This document shows positions 1-10,345 of a DNA stretch of 64,000 nt, piece by piece. A program made the translations under genes and the position numbers. Below the pieces are notes generated by a model. The model made no database searches and had not been told where the DNA came from. It was given only the letters and a program-made list of their open reading frames with translations. The stretch spans positions 16,565 through 80,564 of the forward strand of contig CAVYHE010000008.1 in the NCBI GenBank assembly GCA_963768305.1, read 5' to 3'. The DNA comes from an uncultured bacterium (GTDB lineage Bacteria; Margulisbacteria; WOR-1; CAVSGV01). The number at the start of each line of letters is the position of its first letter. Positions within the stretch are counted from its first letter, which is position 1.

Positions 1-1
1 G

Positions 2-1786
2 CAAGGTGGACTTGGCAACACTGGTAATACAGGACCTCAAGGTAACTTAGGTAACACAGGACCACAAGGTATTCAAGGTAATCAGGGCGGTCAAGGTGAT
101 TCAGGAAATACCGGAGCGACTGGCCCGCAAGGTGGATTAGGCAATACTGGTAATACTGGACCCCAGGGTGGATTAGGCAACACTGGTAATACTGGACCGC
201 AGGGTACAGCTGGGACAAATGGAAACACTGGTGCAACTGGACCTCAAGGTGAGACTGGAAATACTGGCGCGACAGGACCGCAGGGAGCAACAGGTCCGAC
301 CGGAGATACAAAATGGACGACTTCAGGAGATAACATTTACAACAATAATTCCGGTTATGTAGGGATCGGGACGCCGGAACCCACGGCGACACTTCAAGTC
401 ATCGGATCCGTGGAGTTCGGAAATCCCACTAATTCCGCGCAAGGCAAATATTCGGTCGTATTCGGGGGATGGAGTAATTATGCTACTGGAGACTTTTCAA
501 CGGCGTTCGGAGAATCGTCAGTTGCCCCTTCTCTGGATGAACTCGTCGTAGGACGGGGCAATTTATTGTCGGGGACTGAATCTAAAACAACTTGGGTCGA
601 CACTGATCCGTTGTTCGTTATCGGGAACGGCAACCCTTATCAGGCTTATGGCCAGGCAAACGCGCTGGTTGTGCTTAAGAACGCGAATACGTCAATTGCC
701 GGCACTCTTACCGTTAACGGAACTATCGAATCAACAGCAATTTATCCTACTTTAGCGGGAGGATTTAAATTCCCCGATGGAACGACACAGACCACGGCGG
801 CAGGTGTTTTGGGAAATACTGGCAACACCGGAGCTACTGGGCCCGCAGGTACTAACGGCACAAATGGTAATACTGGTGCAACAGGACCTGCGGGAACAAA
901 TGGTAACACCGGTAATACCGGACCTCAAGGTGGACTTGGCAACACTGGTAATACCGGTCCTCAAGGTACAAATGGTAACACCGGTGCAACCGGTCCTCAA
1001 GGTGGACTTGGCAACACTGGTAATACCGGTCCTCAAGGTACAAATGGTAACACCGGTGCAACCGGTCCTCAAGGTGGACTTGGCAATACTGGTAACACTG
1101 GACCACAAGGCGGACTTGGGAATACGGGTAACACTGGTCCCCAAGGTGGACTTGGCAACACTGGTAATACCGGACCTGCAGGTAGCGCTGGCGGACAAGG
1201 CAACACTGGAGCTACCGGTCCTGGAGGTAGTGCTGGCGGACAAGGTAATACTGGAGCTACCGGTCCTGGAGGTAGTGCTGGCGGACAAGGCAGCACCGGC
1301 CCGACCGGACCAATGCCGACAGGAGTAAGCGTAACCGCCGGAAAAACTTTATCGGTTACAAATACTTTAACTTTGTCGGGAACCGACAGCACAACGATCA
1401 CTTTCCAGGGGACAGATACTTATGTCGGCAGAACGACGACTGACACGCTGACGAACAAAAGACTTACTCCGAGAGTTTATAATACCGCTTCCAATACTTC
1501 CCTGACTCCGGAAATATCCACTTACGATAATTTTGAAATTACCGCGCTGGCCGGGGCGATCACCATCAATAATCACGCCACCTCTACTCCGGCGGCCGGT
1601 GAAAAAATGATAATCAGGCTTAAAGATAATGGGACGGCCAGAGCCATTTCTTTTGGAACTGAATATCGGGCGCTGGGGAACGCCTTGCCAACCACGACCG
1701 TGATCTCTAAAACATTGTATATGGGCTTTATCTGGAACGCGGCGGATTCAAAATGGGATCTGGTTGCGGTCGCTCTGCAGGATTAA
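2..1786 (+). CDS. Collagen-like surface/fibre protein, 5'-truncated by the window edge, with two Gly-X-Y tracts and phage tail-fibre-like domains
   Basis: The frame of ORF 410..1786 is open back to base 2 ([14 protein letters not shown]...). G-X-Y repeats lie at 2-303 and about 811-1310, with a [20 protein letters not shown] motif between them. C-terminus is ...[10 protein letters not shown]...SKWDLVAVA. Confidence 0.85.
   Translation, partial: QGGLGNTGNTGPQGNLGNTGPQGIQGNQGGQGDSGNTGATGPQGGLGNTGNTGPQGGLGNTGNTGPQGTAGTNGNTGATGPQGETGNTGATGPQGATGPTGDTKWTTSGDNIYNNNSGYVGIGTPEPTATLQVIGSVEFGNPTNSAQGKYSVVFGGWSNYATGDFSTAFGESSVAPSLDELVVGRGNLLSGTESKTTWVDTDPLFVIGNGNPYQAYGQANALVVLKNANTSIAGTLTVNGTIESTAIYPTLAGGFKFPDGTTQTTAAGVLGNTGNTGATGPAGTNGTNGNTGATGPAGTNGNTGNTGPQGGLGNTGNTGPQGTNGNTGATGPQGGLGNTGNTGPQGTNGNTGATGPQGGLGNTGNTGPQGGLGNTGNTGPQGGLGNTGNTGPAGSAGGQGNTGATGPGGSAGGQGNTGATGPGGSAGGQGSTGPTGPMPTGVSVTAGKTLSVTNTLTLSGTDSTTITFQGTDTYVGRTTTDTLTNKRLTPRVYNTASNTSLTPEISTYDNFEITALAGAITINNHATSTPAAGEKMIIRLKDNGTARAISFGTEYRALGNALPTTTVISKTLYMGFIWNAADSKWDLVAVALQD
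811..1310 (+). repeat. Collagen-coding tandem repeats (units such as the 36-nt ggacctcaaggtggacttggcaacactggtaatacc = [12 protein letters not shown])
   Basis: Near-identical units are visible directly; a second tract of the same units lies at 1-303. Confidence 0.9.
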
Positions 1787-3029
1787 TTGTTTAGGAGCAC
1801 AAAAATTAGAAAATTGCTGCTTTTATTCACATTCATATCCCTGGCATCTTCCGCCGCTTATTGCGATCAAATATTCATAACGGATACATCAGCCACTGCA
1901 GTGGGACTGGCAGTCGCAACCAATGGAGGGAATATCACCGTAGAATGTATCGGCGCCGGAGGCGGCGGCACAGATTCAACAACTATAATATACGGCGGCG
2001 GTGGCGGCGAATATCGCAGCAGTAATGTTGCATATACTTCGAGTTCGACCGTCCCTATTCAGGTAGGAACAGGCGGGACCGGCGGAACAACAGGCGGAGA
2101 TGGAACAGATACTAAATGGAATACCACTGCTATAGTTGCGATACATGGAAATGGCGCATCTAATGCAACAAACCCGGGGCGCGGAGGCCAGGGAGGCACA
2201 GGTACCACAGGGTATAATGGCGGTAATGCGGGAGCGGGTGGTCAATATGCCGGAGGGGCCGGCGGCGGCGGCGCGGGCGGACCCGGCGGTATAGGACAAC
2301 CTACGTCATCGCGCGGCGGCGGCGGTAGCGCGAAGGGCGGCTGCGGCGGCGGCGGCGGCGGTAATAGCGACGTTACTAAAACGATCCAAACAACCACAAC
2401 ATCGGGTTCAGATGGCGGGTTTAATCCCGGAGGCACAGGCGCCGGTACCGGAGCTACATCAAACGTAGCTCCGGGAGCTGCATCGGGCGGTGGCGGAGGC
2501 GGAGGCAGCTTTTCCGCTGGTTCTTATGCAGGCGGCGATGGTAGTAATGGCACAGAATGGGATTCTTCTCACGGCTCAGGCGGAGGCGGAGGCGGAGGCG
2601 GTCAAAGCTGTAATGGCGGCAATGGCGGATTATATGGAGGCGGCGGTGCAGAGGCTGGATATCCAAATGTCGGCACCCCATCGGGAGGCAATGGCGCCCA
2701 GGGTATAATAGTTATAACATTTTGTTCCTGCTACGCCGACAGTTACGGCAATATCCCCATCAAGCGGGGAATCGCCCAATACAGGGATAACGATCACCGG
2801 AACTAATTTTAACAATATAACAGGGATAGTGATAGGTTCCACTCCAATAACAACATATACTGTCTCAAGCACTACATCAATAACCGGAGTCGTTATCCCA
2901 AGCGGGATAGCGACCGGAGCATCATATGACATAAGGGTGTCAAACTCCGGCGGTCAAAGCGCGACCGGCGCGGGAGATAAATATAATGTGACTACAAGTG
3001 ACTTTTTTATGCTTTTTAAGCCTAAGTAA
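1787..3029 (+). CDS. Secreted glycine-rich domain protein with C-terminal IPT/TIG domain (one frameshift near 2720)
   Basis: Signal-peptide-like N-terminus and VECIGAGGGG...GGNGAQGIIVIT Gly-rich domain. Removing one T from the run at about 2720 gives VPATPTVTAISPSSG...ITGTNF, which joins ORF 2829..3029. Confidence 0.75.
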
Positions 3030-3077
3030 GGTTTAAAGATAAAGCGATGACAGGTATCCGTCCGGAAAATATTTATT

Positions 3078-4199
3078 ATGCGAAAATTTTTTATTTTATT
3101 TGCAATAATGCTTTTTGCGGCGGCCGCCGCGTACGGCGCCGATTATAATATCCGCTTCGGGATCCTGGATTCCGGCGGCATACAGGGGGCAGTCGTCTTC
3201 CTATCAACCTGCTCGGAAAAGTGCGCGAACGCCAGGTGGACACAACATCCAGCGCAAACTTCACGATCAAAGAAGGCTTTTTAAAGGCCATCCGAATTTA
3301 CCACCCGGCCCTTGGGCCAATTAGTGACAGGCATGGTACCGTCAAGCGCGAAACAACACAGGGACAATGGAAGTGACGGTCTACCGGCGCCAATTTCGCG
3401 TCAGGGTGCGGCAGTCAAATTAAGCCTCGCCGGGCAACCGGACATCATCGCGACAAATGTCACGTGTTGTCAATTCCGGCAAGATCACCTGCACTTTTAA
3501 CTTGACCGGCGCGGCGCTGGGGCTTGGAGCTCACGGTGACGAACCGGATTCAAGGTCCGGTACACTGCCCTCCGCCTTCACCATAACAGCCCATTCGCCC
3601 GTTATAACGTCCATTACGCCGAATAAGGGCAACAACACCGGGATCGTCACCATAACAAACCTTGCCGGCAATTACTTCAAGGCCGGAGCAACAGTAAAGC
3701 TTTCAATGTCCGGCGAAAGCGACATTAATGCGGACAATGTGACCGTGGAATCCGACGTCCAAGATCACCTGCCGTTTCGATCTTACCGGCAAAGCTACCG
3801 GGCTCTGGAACGTTGTGGTCACAAATCCCGACAATCAATACGGAGACGCTACCCCAGGGATTCAAGATAGAGGAGCCGTCCCTGAAGATCATCGGGCGTG
3901 TCCTGAATTATCCGAATCCGTTCAATCCGCCCGGGCAGACGACTCTGATCAAATATACTTTAAGCAAGGATGCATTGATCACCCTTTATATTTATACTAC
4001 TCAAGGGGAAAGGATATGGCAATATTCGGCTTCGCCCGGCTCTCAGGGCGGACAGGCGGGCCCGAACGAAGTGGTTTGGAACGGGATAACGGCATTCAGG
4101 GGGATAGCAAGCTCGGGAGTGTATCTGCTGCATGTAACCGCGCGCGAGAACGGGCAGTATGTCATCCTGGGCAAAGGAAAGATAGCGATATTGAAATGA
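3078..4199 (+). CDS. Secreted protein with two IPT/TIG repeats and a C-terminal FlgD-Ig/T9SS-CTD-like domain (several frameshifts)
   Basis: Signal peptide MRKFFILFAIMLFAAAAAYGA. Repeated GA(A/T)VKLS...(A)xNVTV...KITCxFxLTG units occur across frames. The terminal domain is VLNYPNPFNP...VVWNG...SGVYLLHV. Confidence 0.75.
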
Positions 4200-5218
4200 A
4201 AAAATATTTATTGCTGTCAATGTTCGCTGTCCTGGCATTGTTGCTGAGCGGCATGCCCGCTGCGGCCGACGATGTGGTGGGTTCGACCAGCGATCCGTCT
4301 TCCATGGGCGGTGGCGCGCGGCCGATCGGCATGGGAAGGGCTTTTTCCGCCATCGCGGATGACGCGGACGCGATGTTCATAAATCCGGCCGGAGTCGCAT
4401 CGCTAAAAGGCCCGCAGGCAATGTCCATGTTCTCCAACCTTCTGGAAGACGTTTATTATACCGAGTTCTGCGGAGAAATGCCTTCTCCTTACGGAACATT
4501 CGGTCTGGGATACTTCAACTCCGCCATAAGCAATATCCCTGTCACCATCAGCAGCACCGAAACTCTCCCTGCCGATTATAACGACAGCGTTCTGGTCTTT
4601 AATTACAGCTCCCCTCTCGGAAGGTTCTTTGAATACGGCCGCAATATCTTTGTCGGGCTCAATTACAAGATATTCAACCGCGGATGGTCGGGCGCGCTAA
4701 ATGAGTCCGGCACGGGTTCGAACGCCGATTTCGGCGTAAAATACATCTATTCCCCTTATTTAAGTTTCGGCCTCGTTCGCCAGAATTTCATTCCATCCGC
4801 CATGGGAGCGCTTTTAACGTGGAACGGGAGCGCGGAAAGCGAGGAAGAATCCTTCATATGCCTGACCAAATTGGGAGTGGCCGTAAGGCCGCCCCTGCCA
4901 TATGATCTGAATTTCACGCTGGATTACGATGTTGATCTTTCGTCGGTCAGCGACCAGCCAAATACCCAGCATGTCGGGCTTGAATGGAAAGTCGATAAAT
5001 TCCTGGCTTTAAGAGGAGGATGTGAGGAAATGCCCGATTCCAATTCCCCCACCCTGACCACCTGGATCCCCAGCGCAGGGGTATCTCTAGGCTACGGCGG
5101 ATTCAGGTTTGACTATGCTTATCGTCCCTTCTATAATAACACATCATTAGCGACGTATTATATCTCTTTGTCCTATATCGGCGAGCCGTGGTTCGCGTTG
5201 AAAGGAGAAACTCTTTAA
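4196..5218 (+). CDS. PorV/PorQ-like (UPF0164/FadL-like) outer-membrane beta-barrel
   Basis: ATG at 4196 overlaps the upstream stop (ATGA). Signal peptide, then the GGGARPIGMGRAFSAIADDADAMFINPAG signature and C-terminal FRFDYAY...YYISLSY strands. Confidence 0.8.
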   Translation: MKKYLLLSMFAVLALLLSGMPAAADDVVGSTSDPSSMGGGARPIGMGRAFSAIADDADAMFINPAGVASLKGPQAMSMFSNLLEDVYYTEFCGEMPSPYGTFGLGYFNSAISNIPVTISSTETLPADYNDSVLVFNYSSPLGRFFEYGRNIFVGLNYKIFNRGWSGALNESGTGSNADFGVKYIYSPYLSFGLVRQNFIPSAMGALLTWNGSAESEEESFICLTKLGVAVRPPLPYDLNFTLDYDVDLSSVSDQPNTQHVGLEWKVDKFLALRGGCEEMPDSNSPTLTTWIPSAGVSLGYGGFRFDYAYRPFYNNTSLATYYISLSYIGEPWFALKGETL

Positions 5219-5224
5219 CGAAAA

Positions 5225-6076
5225 ATGAAAAAATGCTGCCTGCTTGTTTTTTTGATCTTGATCATCGCTGCTTGCCCTTTAAGGGCTTTAGCAGCCCAGC
5301 AACAAGCTGGGAATTTCGGCATTTCTGAAGCAGGCACTCCCGCCAAAAAATATTTTCCCGGGGACATTATCCATCTTGTGGTACAGGCCCCCATAGACAC
5401 CGATACTCTTTCCGCGCTAATGCCTGACAACAGGACGATCAAATTCACTTATGAACCACCCACAAATCTCTGGCACGGCTACTGGGAAGTGCCGCAGGGC
5501 TTTAAAAAAGGCAGTTATACCGCAAATCTTGTAGCAATGGATTTTGACGGAAATACTTTCGAAGGATTGACCAGCACTTTTTTTATCGGAGAACCGGTGG
5601 TTCAGACGGCGGGACTGTCCCCTTCGGAAGAAGCGAGCCTTAAAGAACAACAGGCCAAAAAATTAGCCGCCGAAGCCCTCCTTCTGGCGGAAGAATCCCA
5701 GCAAAAGCTCGGTCAGGCCCAGGCAATGCTCAAAGGACAGGAAAATGCTGCCGCCGTAACAAGAACGGCGCCGGTTGTTGCAGCGGTCCAGCCGGCGGTA
5801 AAACCGGTCAATGCGGCCATCCCCAAGTCTAAGCAGGTCGCCGCAAAGCCAAAGCGGGTCGCCGCCAGGCCAAAGCGGGTCGCCACAATGATAACGGAAA
5901 ACGAAATTCGCCTTGCTTTGATCACCAAAGCGCGAACTTATATAATCAATCATGATTATGGAAAAGCCAAAGAACAATTGCTGGCCCTGCTAAAGCTTCA
6001 GCCGGATGACACCAATATCAAGCTGATGCTGAACAGGATCGAGGCGATAATAAAATCAGAACGCGAAACTCCATGA
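5225..6076 (+). CDS. Exported protein: Ig-like N-domain, coiled/Ala-Pro-Lys linker, C-terminal TPR-like repeat
   Basis: 283-aa ORF with signal peptide; the ...DYGKAKEQLLALLKLQPDDTNIKLML segment is TPR-like. Confidence 0.6.
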   Translation: MKKCCLLVFLILIIAACPLRALAAQQQAGNFGISEAGTPAKKYFPGDIIHLVVQAPIDTDTLSALMPDNRTIKFTYEPPTNLWHGYWEVPQGFKKGSYTANLVAMDFDGNTFEGLTSTFFIGEPVVQTAGLSPSEEASLKEQQAKKLAAEALLLAEESQQKLGQAQAMLKGQENAAAVTRTAPVVAAVQPAVKPVNAAIPKSKQVAAKPKRVAARPKRVATMITENEIRLALITKARTYIINHDYGKAKEQLLALLKLQPDDTNIKLMLNRIEAIIKSERETP

Positions 6077-7383
6077 AAATCAGGGCCGCCATATGCATGC
6101 TCATTTTGTTCTTTGCCTTCCACAGCCTAAGCTTTGGCCAAACAACAACAGCGCAGGAATATTATGATCATGCCACGGACCTGTATCTGACGGGCAATCT
6201 GGACGGCGCATTGACGAATCTCGGCTTCGCCCTTAAGATCGACCCGAACTTTACCGCCGCAAAAAACCTTACAAAGACCATCATACAGGAAAAAGGGAGA
6301 ACGCAGAAGCCGCCCGTCGTTTCCCCTCCCCCGGCCCCGCCTCCGGCAAGGACAGTGAACCAAATAAAACCGGCGGCTGTCATCGGTGGGTCGCTAACAG
6401 CAGATCCTTCGATCTTGTGGGGAATTATCGGGGGCTGCGCAGGACTTTTTATCTTGTTCATTTTCCTTCCAAAAGTTTTGAGCGGGTATCAAGCCCGCAA
6501 GTTGCCTGATCAAGACAGGCTTGACACATGTTTTATTTGCGGGACCAAGCTTGATCTTGGCGTGGAATACTGCCCGAACTGCGGCACCGATATAGGGCTG
6601 AGATTGATGCGGACCGTTTCTGAAGAGCATAAAAAGTGGCTCAGAAAAATGGGCTGGAAAGCGAATCCTTTCACTCTGGACATCCATCCCGAGCTCTTTG
6701 TCGGCCACAGAAAGGACGGAAAAGAGATCCTGGGAAAGATCCAGTCGAAAAGCGGCCATATACTGATCACCGGCGCCATAGGCACAGGTAAAACCACCTT
6801 TCTGCGCTGGTTGACCATACATTTAGGCAGGGAATCCATGGCGATTTTTATACCACGCCCTCCGCAGGACTTCAAAAGTCTGATCAAGTATATCATTGAG
6901 AAAGTGTATCCCAAAACTACCGGTTTTGACGATAAATTCGATATTTATAATTTCAATCAATTGCGGCAGAAGATAAATAAGGACGTGATCTTATTGCTGG
7001 ATGAAGCCCATGAATACTCGGTCGATATTGAAAGGCCCTTAAGGACGCTGGGCGACCTGGACCGCGTCTTCCTGATCGCAGCAGGTCTGCCCGAAACCAT
7101 GGAAAAGCTTAAGAAAGAATATCAGCCGCTGTACGACCGAATGGTATTGAAGATCGAATTCAAGAACCTGTCATTTGAAGAGACGCAGGACCTGATCAGG
7201 GCGCGAATAAAAAGCGTCAATGGAACGGATTTTCGGCCTTTTAACGTCGCCGCCATTGACAAGGTCTATGAGCTGTCACAAGGCAATCCCCGCTCCACCA
7301 TAAAGATCTGCGATAAAGCGGTAGCTAAAGCTATCGATCATGATTTGAATCATATTTCCCCTGAATTGATAGAAGAAGCGTAA
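6073..7383 (+). CDS. TPR - Pro linker - TM - double Zn-ribbon - ExeA-like AAA+ ATPase
   Basis: Signal peptide, TPR, TM helix, CFIC...CPNC, NPF motif, Walker A GAIGTGKT, Walker B ILLLDEAH, and GNPR sensor-II region. Confidence 0.8.
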   Translation: MKIRAAICMLILFFAFHSLSFGQTTTAQEYYDHATDLYLTGNLDGALTNLGFALKIDPNFTAAKNLTKTIIQEKGRTQKPPVVSPPPAPPPARTVNQIKPAAVIGGSLTADPSILWGIIGGCAGLFILFIFLPKVLSGYQARKLPDQDRLDTCFICGTKLDLGVEYCPNCGTDIGLRLMRTVSEEHKKWLRKMGWKANPFTLDIHPELFVGHRKDGKEILGKIQSKSGHILITGAIGTGKTTFLRWLTIHLGRESMAIFIPRPPQDFKSLIKYIIEKVYPKTTGFDDKFDIYNFNQLRQKINKDVILLLDEAHEYSVDIERPLRTLGDLDRVFLIAAGLPETMEKLKKEYQPLYDRMVLKIEFKNLSFEETQDLIRARIKSVNGTDFRPFNVAAIDKVYELSQGNPRSTIKICDKAVAKAIDHDLNHISPELIEEA

Positions 7384-7385
7384 GT

Positions 7386-7436
7386 GTCATTGCGAGCTCC
7401 GAATGAGCGAAGCATCTCTTCAGGCCTCGCGATGAC
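7386..7436. repeat. REP-like palindrome GTCATTGCGAG...CTCGCGATGAC
   Basis: 11-nt inverted arms at 7386-7396 and 7426-7436 (one G-T pair), lying between the ATPase and tldD. Confidence 0.6.
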
Positions 7437-7458
7437 GCGATTATGATATAATCCTCTC

Positions 7459-8838
7459 ATGCTTTCACGGTCTGAGCTGGAAGAAATACTTAACGCCGCC
7501 CTTTCCAAAGGCGGGAATTTCGCTGATATTTTCATGGAGGATACTTTTCAAACCTCTATAACTTTCGAAGATAACAGGATCGATAAGATAAGCTCCGGAG
7601 CCGACGCCGGAGGCGGCATAAGGGTCTTTGACGGGAGCGCCATATATTACGCCGCAACGGAGGACGCTTCGTTCGAGCGATTGATCGAAAATGCCAGGTT
7701 CCTTGCAAATTCAATAAATAAAGCCCCGAATAAAAAAGATGTGCGGCTGAAGCCGACGCTGTCGCCGCTGCATTTTGAGATAAAGAAAAGTCCCGCTTCC
7801 GTGACCATTGAAGAAAAGGTGGCCATCGTCAGGAAGGCGAATGAAACGGCAAGGTCTTACGGCGGAAAGATAAAGCAGGTGACCGTGAGGTACATTGACA
7901 CGAACCAGGCAGTTACAATAGCGAATTCCCTGGGCAATTACGTGGAGGACAACCGGATAAGGACCCGGTTCGCCGTCAATGTCGTTGCCGCGAGAGATGG
8001 AATACTGCAAACCGGATATGAAGGCCCCGGAGGCACGGTCGGTTTCGAACTGTTCGAGACGCATGATCCGGAAAAGACGACCAGGATGGCAGCGGAGCGC
8101 GCGCTTTTAATGCTTGAAGCCAAACAAGCGCCGTCAGGAAAAATGACAGTGGTCATGTCCGCCGAAGCTGGCGGGACAATGGTCCACGAAGCATGCGGAC
8201 ACGCCCTGGAGGCGGATTTCATCCAGAAAGGCACTTCCGTTTTCACCCGCAAGATAGGGCAAAAAGTCGCATCAGAGCTTGTAACAGTTGTGGATGACGC
8301 TACCTTGCCCGGAAATTACGGCTCATTCGGGTTCGATGACGAAGGAACCCCGTCGCAAAAAAAAGTCCTCATAGAGAACGGTGTATTGAAATGCTACATG
8401 TCGGACAGGTTTAACGCTTCGCTTCTGGGATCCATATCTTCCGGGAACGGGAGAAGGGAAACATACAGGACAAAGCCTGTCCCCAGGATGACGAACACTT
8501 TCATTCAGGCGGGGTTGACGAACCCTTCTGATATTATCGCTTCCGTAAAGAACGGCCTCCTGATAAAGAAAATGGGCGGCGGCGAAGTTAATGTGACGAA
8601 CGGGGATTTTGTTTTTGAAGTCACCGAAGCATATCTTATAGAGAACGGGAATATTAAGCATCCGGTAAGAGGTGCAATGCTGATAGGCAGCGGGCCGAAA
8701 GTGCTTAAGACGATCGACATGGTGGGATGGGACCTGGATTTCCAGCCCGGCACATGCGGAAAATACGACCACGCCCCGGTCTCGGACGGCCAGCCAACGA
8801 TAAGGATACCGGAGATAACTATCGGAGGAAGAAGCTGA
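7459..8838 (+). CDS. tldD: TldD metalloprotease
   Basis: HEACGHALEAD motif, FDDEG, PRMTNT and CGK...VSDGQPT. Confidence 0.92.
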   Translation: MLSRSELEEILNAALSKGGNFADIFMEDTFQTSITFEDNRIDKISSGADAGGGIRVFDGSAIYYAATEDASFERLIENARFLANSINKAPNKKDVRLKPTLSPLHFEIKKSPASVTIEEKVAIVRKANETARSYGGKIKQVTVRYIDTNQAVTIANSLGNYVEDNRIRTRFAVNVVAARDGILQTGYEGPGGTVGFELFETHDPEKTTRMAAERALLMLEAKQAPSGKMTVVMSAEAGGTMVHEACGHALEADFIQKGTSVFTRKIGQKVASELVTVVDDATLPGNYGSFGFDDEGTPSQKKVLIENGVLKCYMSDRFNASLLGSISSGNGRRETYRTKPVPRMTNTFIQAGLTNPSDIIASVKNGLLIKKMGGGEVNVTNGDFVFEVTEAYLIENGNIKHPVRGAMLIGSGPKVLKTIDMVGWDLDFQPGTCGKYDHAPVSDGQPTIRIPEITIGGRS

Positions 8839-8843
8839 TCTGT

Positions 8844-9704
8844 TTATTGAACTTTCGCCAGTATGTCCGGTATCACTTCAACATTGTTCAATGTCATGAA
8901 ATGAACGCCATCAATGCAGCCTTTAAGCGAGTTGATGATCTCGGCTGAAATTTCGATTCCTTCCTTCACCGGATCCTTTGATCTTTCGATCCTCCTAATT
9001 ATATTTTCCGGCAGATGAACGCCGGGAATGTTCGAGATATTCTTAGCCATGGCAAGTGAGCGTATAGGCAGGATGCCAAGAAGCAATTTGATCTTTACGT
9101 CCGCCGTTAGATCCCTGAATTTCCTGAAACCGTCAATATCATAAACTATCTGCGTCTGGATGAATTCCGCGCCGGCGTCTATCTTCTTTTTAAGTTTCAC
9201 TACCTGCCCTTCTATCGGCTCGGCGCCGGGGTTCACGACACAGCCGATAGTATAATCCGGAAAACCCAAAAGTTTTTCGCCAGAATTATCGACGCCCTTG
9301 TTCATGTCACTTATTAATTTGATCAACTGAACGGAATCGATATCATAGACCGGCTTTACCACATGATGGAGCGACTTTTTCGGATAGTCGCCGGATACCG
9401 CCAGGACATTGCGGATGCCGAGAGCGTACGCGCCCAAAAGGTCCGCCTGCATGGCAAGAGCGTTCCTGTCCCTGCAGTTCATCTGAAGTATCGGCTCAAG
9501 GCCTTTTTGTTTTAATATGGCGCAGAAGGCGACTGAGCTTAAATGAAGGGCGGCCACCTGATTATCTGTCGCATTAACACCATCCACTTTCCCGATAAGC
9601 AGCTCCGCTTTTTTAAGCACGCCGTAAAGTTCCACACCTTTTGGCGGTGAAACCTCTGCGGTCACGATAAATTTCTTATTTTTTAATGCTTCCTTAAAGC
9701 TCAT
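8844..9704 (-). CDS. metF: Methylenetetrahydrofolate reductase
   Basis: TAEVSPPKG, CRDRN, VSGD and KKIDAGAEFIQTQ motifs. Confidence 0.9.
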   Translation of the reverse strand: MSFKEALKNKKFIVTAEVSPPKGVELYGVLKKAELLIGKVDGVNATDNQVAALHLSSVAFCAILKQKGLEPILQMNCRDRNALAMQADLLGAYALGIRNVLAVSGDYPKKSLHHVVKPVYDIDSVQLIKLISDMNKGVDNSGEKLLGFPDYTIGCVVNPGAEPIEGQVVKLKKKIDAGAEFIQTQIVYDIDGFRKFRDLTADVKIKLLLGILPIRSLAMAKNISNIPGVHLPENIIRRIERSKDPVKEGIEISAEIINSLKGCIDGVHFMTLNNVEVIPDILAKVQ

Positions 9705-10345
9705 CTTAACTCCACTTTCCTCGGTCTTATGGACTTTGAGCGGTCCTTCGGCTTCTGGAATTTCCTAACTTTATCGAATTGGTTCAATTCCTTCAGCCTT
9801 TCAAATATCAGGTACCACGCGCAGTCCAGGCTTTGGTCCACTTCGCATTTTCCTTTATAAGAGCCGCCACACGGCCCGTTCATTAAATGCTTGGAACACC
9901 TTGCCACCGGGCATATTCCGCCAGTCTCGTCCAGGGCACAGTCTCCGCACATAACACAGAGTTCATAGAACCTGCCAAGCGATTTCGTCTTGCCGAGAAA
10001 TATCGATTCCAGGGCCGGGAAGGTGGGAAGCTTTACGACATCGGATATGGTCTGAACTCCGGCGCCGCAGCCAAGAACGAGCAGAGCATCGGCTTTTTTT
10101 ATTTTAGCTGCTTCCGCCCTGGAGAATTTCAGGACAAGCCGCTCGTCGCACGGCGCTTCTATCACATACGAGCCGGTGATCTTCTTGCCGTCTTTTTTGA
10201 GCGAAGCGGCGATATCCATGACCTGCTCTTCCCCGCCGGTGGAGCATGACGTGGCGCACCTTCCGCAGCCTACAACATATATGCTGTCCGTGCCTTTAAG
10301 GCTTTCAAGTATCTTCTTATATTCTTTTTTTTCTGTGATTATCAT
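9701..10345 (-). CDS. metV: MTHFR-associated Cys-rich subunit (MetV, MTHFR_C domain)
   Basis: [13 protein letters not shown] and CVMCGDC...[17 protein letters not shown]...CAW; stop overlaps the metF start. Confidence 0.85.
   Translation of the reverse strand: MIITEKKEYKKILESLKGTDSIYVVGCGRCATSCSTGGEEQVMDIAASLKKDGKKITGSYVIEAPCDERLVLKFSRAEAAKIKKADALLVLGCGAGVQTISDVVKLPTFPALESIFLGKTKSLGRFYELCVMCGDCALDETGGICPVARCSKHLMNGPCGGSYKGKCEVDQSLDCAWYLIFERLKELNQFDKVRKFQKPKDRSKSIRPRKVELR

Noticed and set aside
1-1310. Tandem 27-36 nt repeats as a possible CRISPR array
   Set aside because: They are in-frame collagen G-X-Y codons with synonymous variation, with no unique spacers and no cas genes.
3815-4195. 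N-terminal 127 aa of the 467-aa ORF
   Set aside because: This stretch overlaps the CTD-domain gene in another frame; the barrel protein starts with a signal peptide at 4196.
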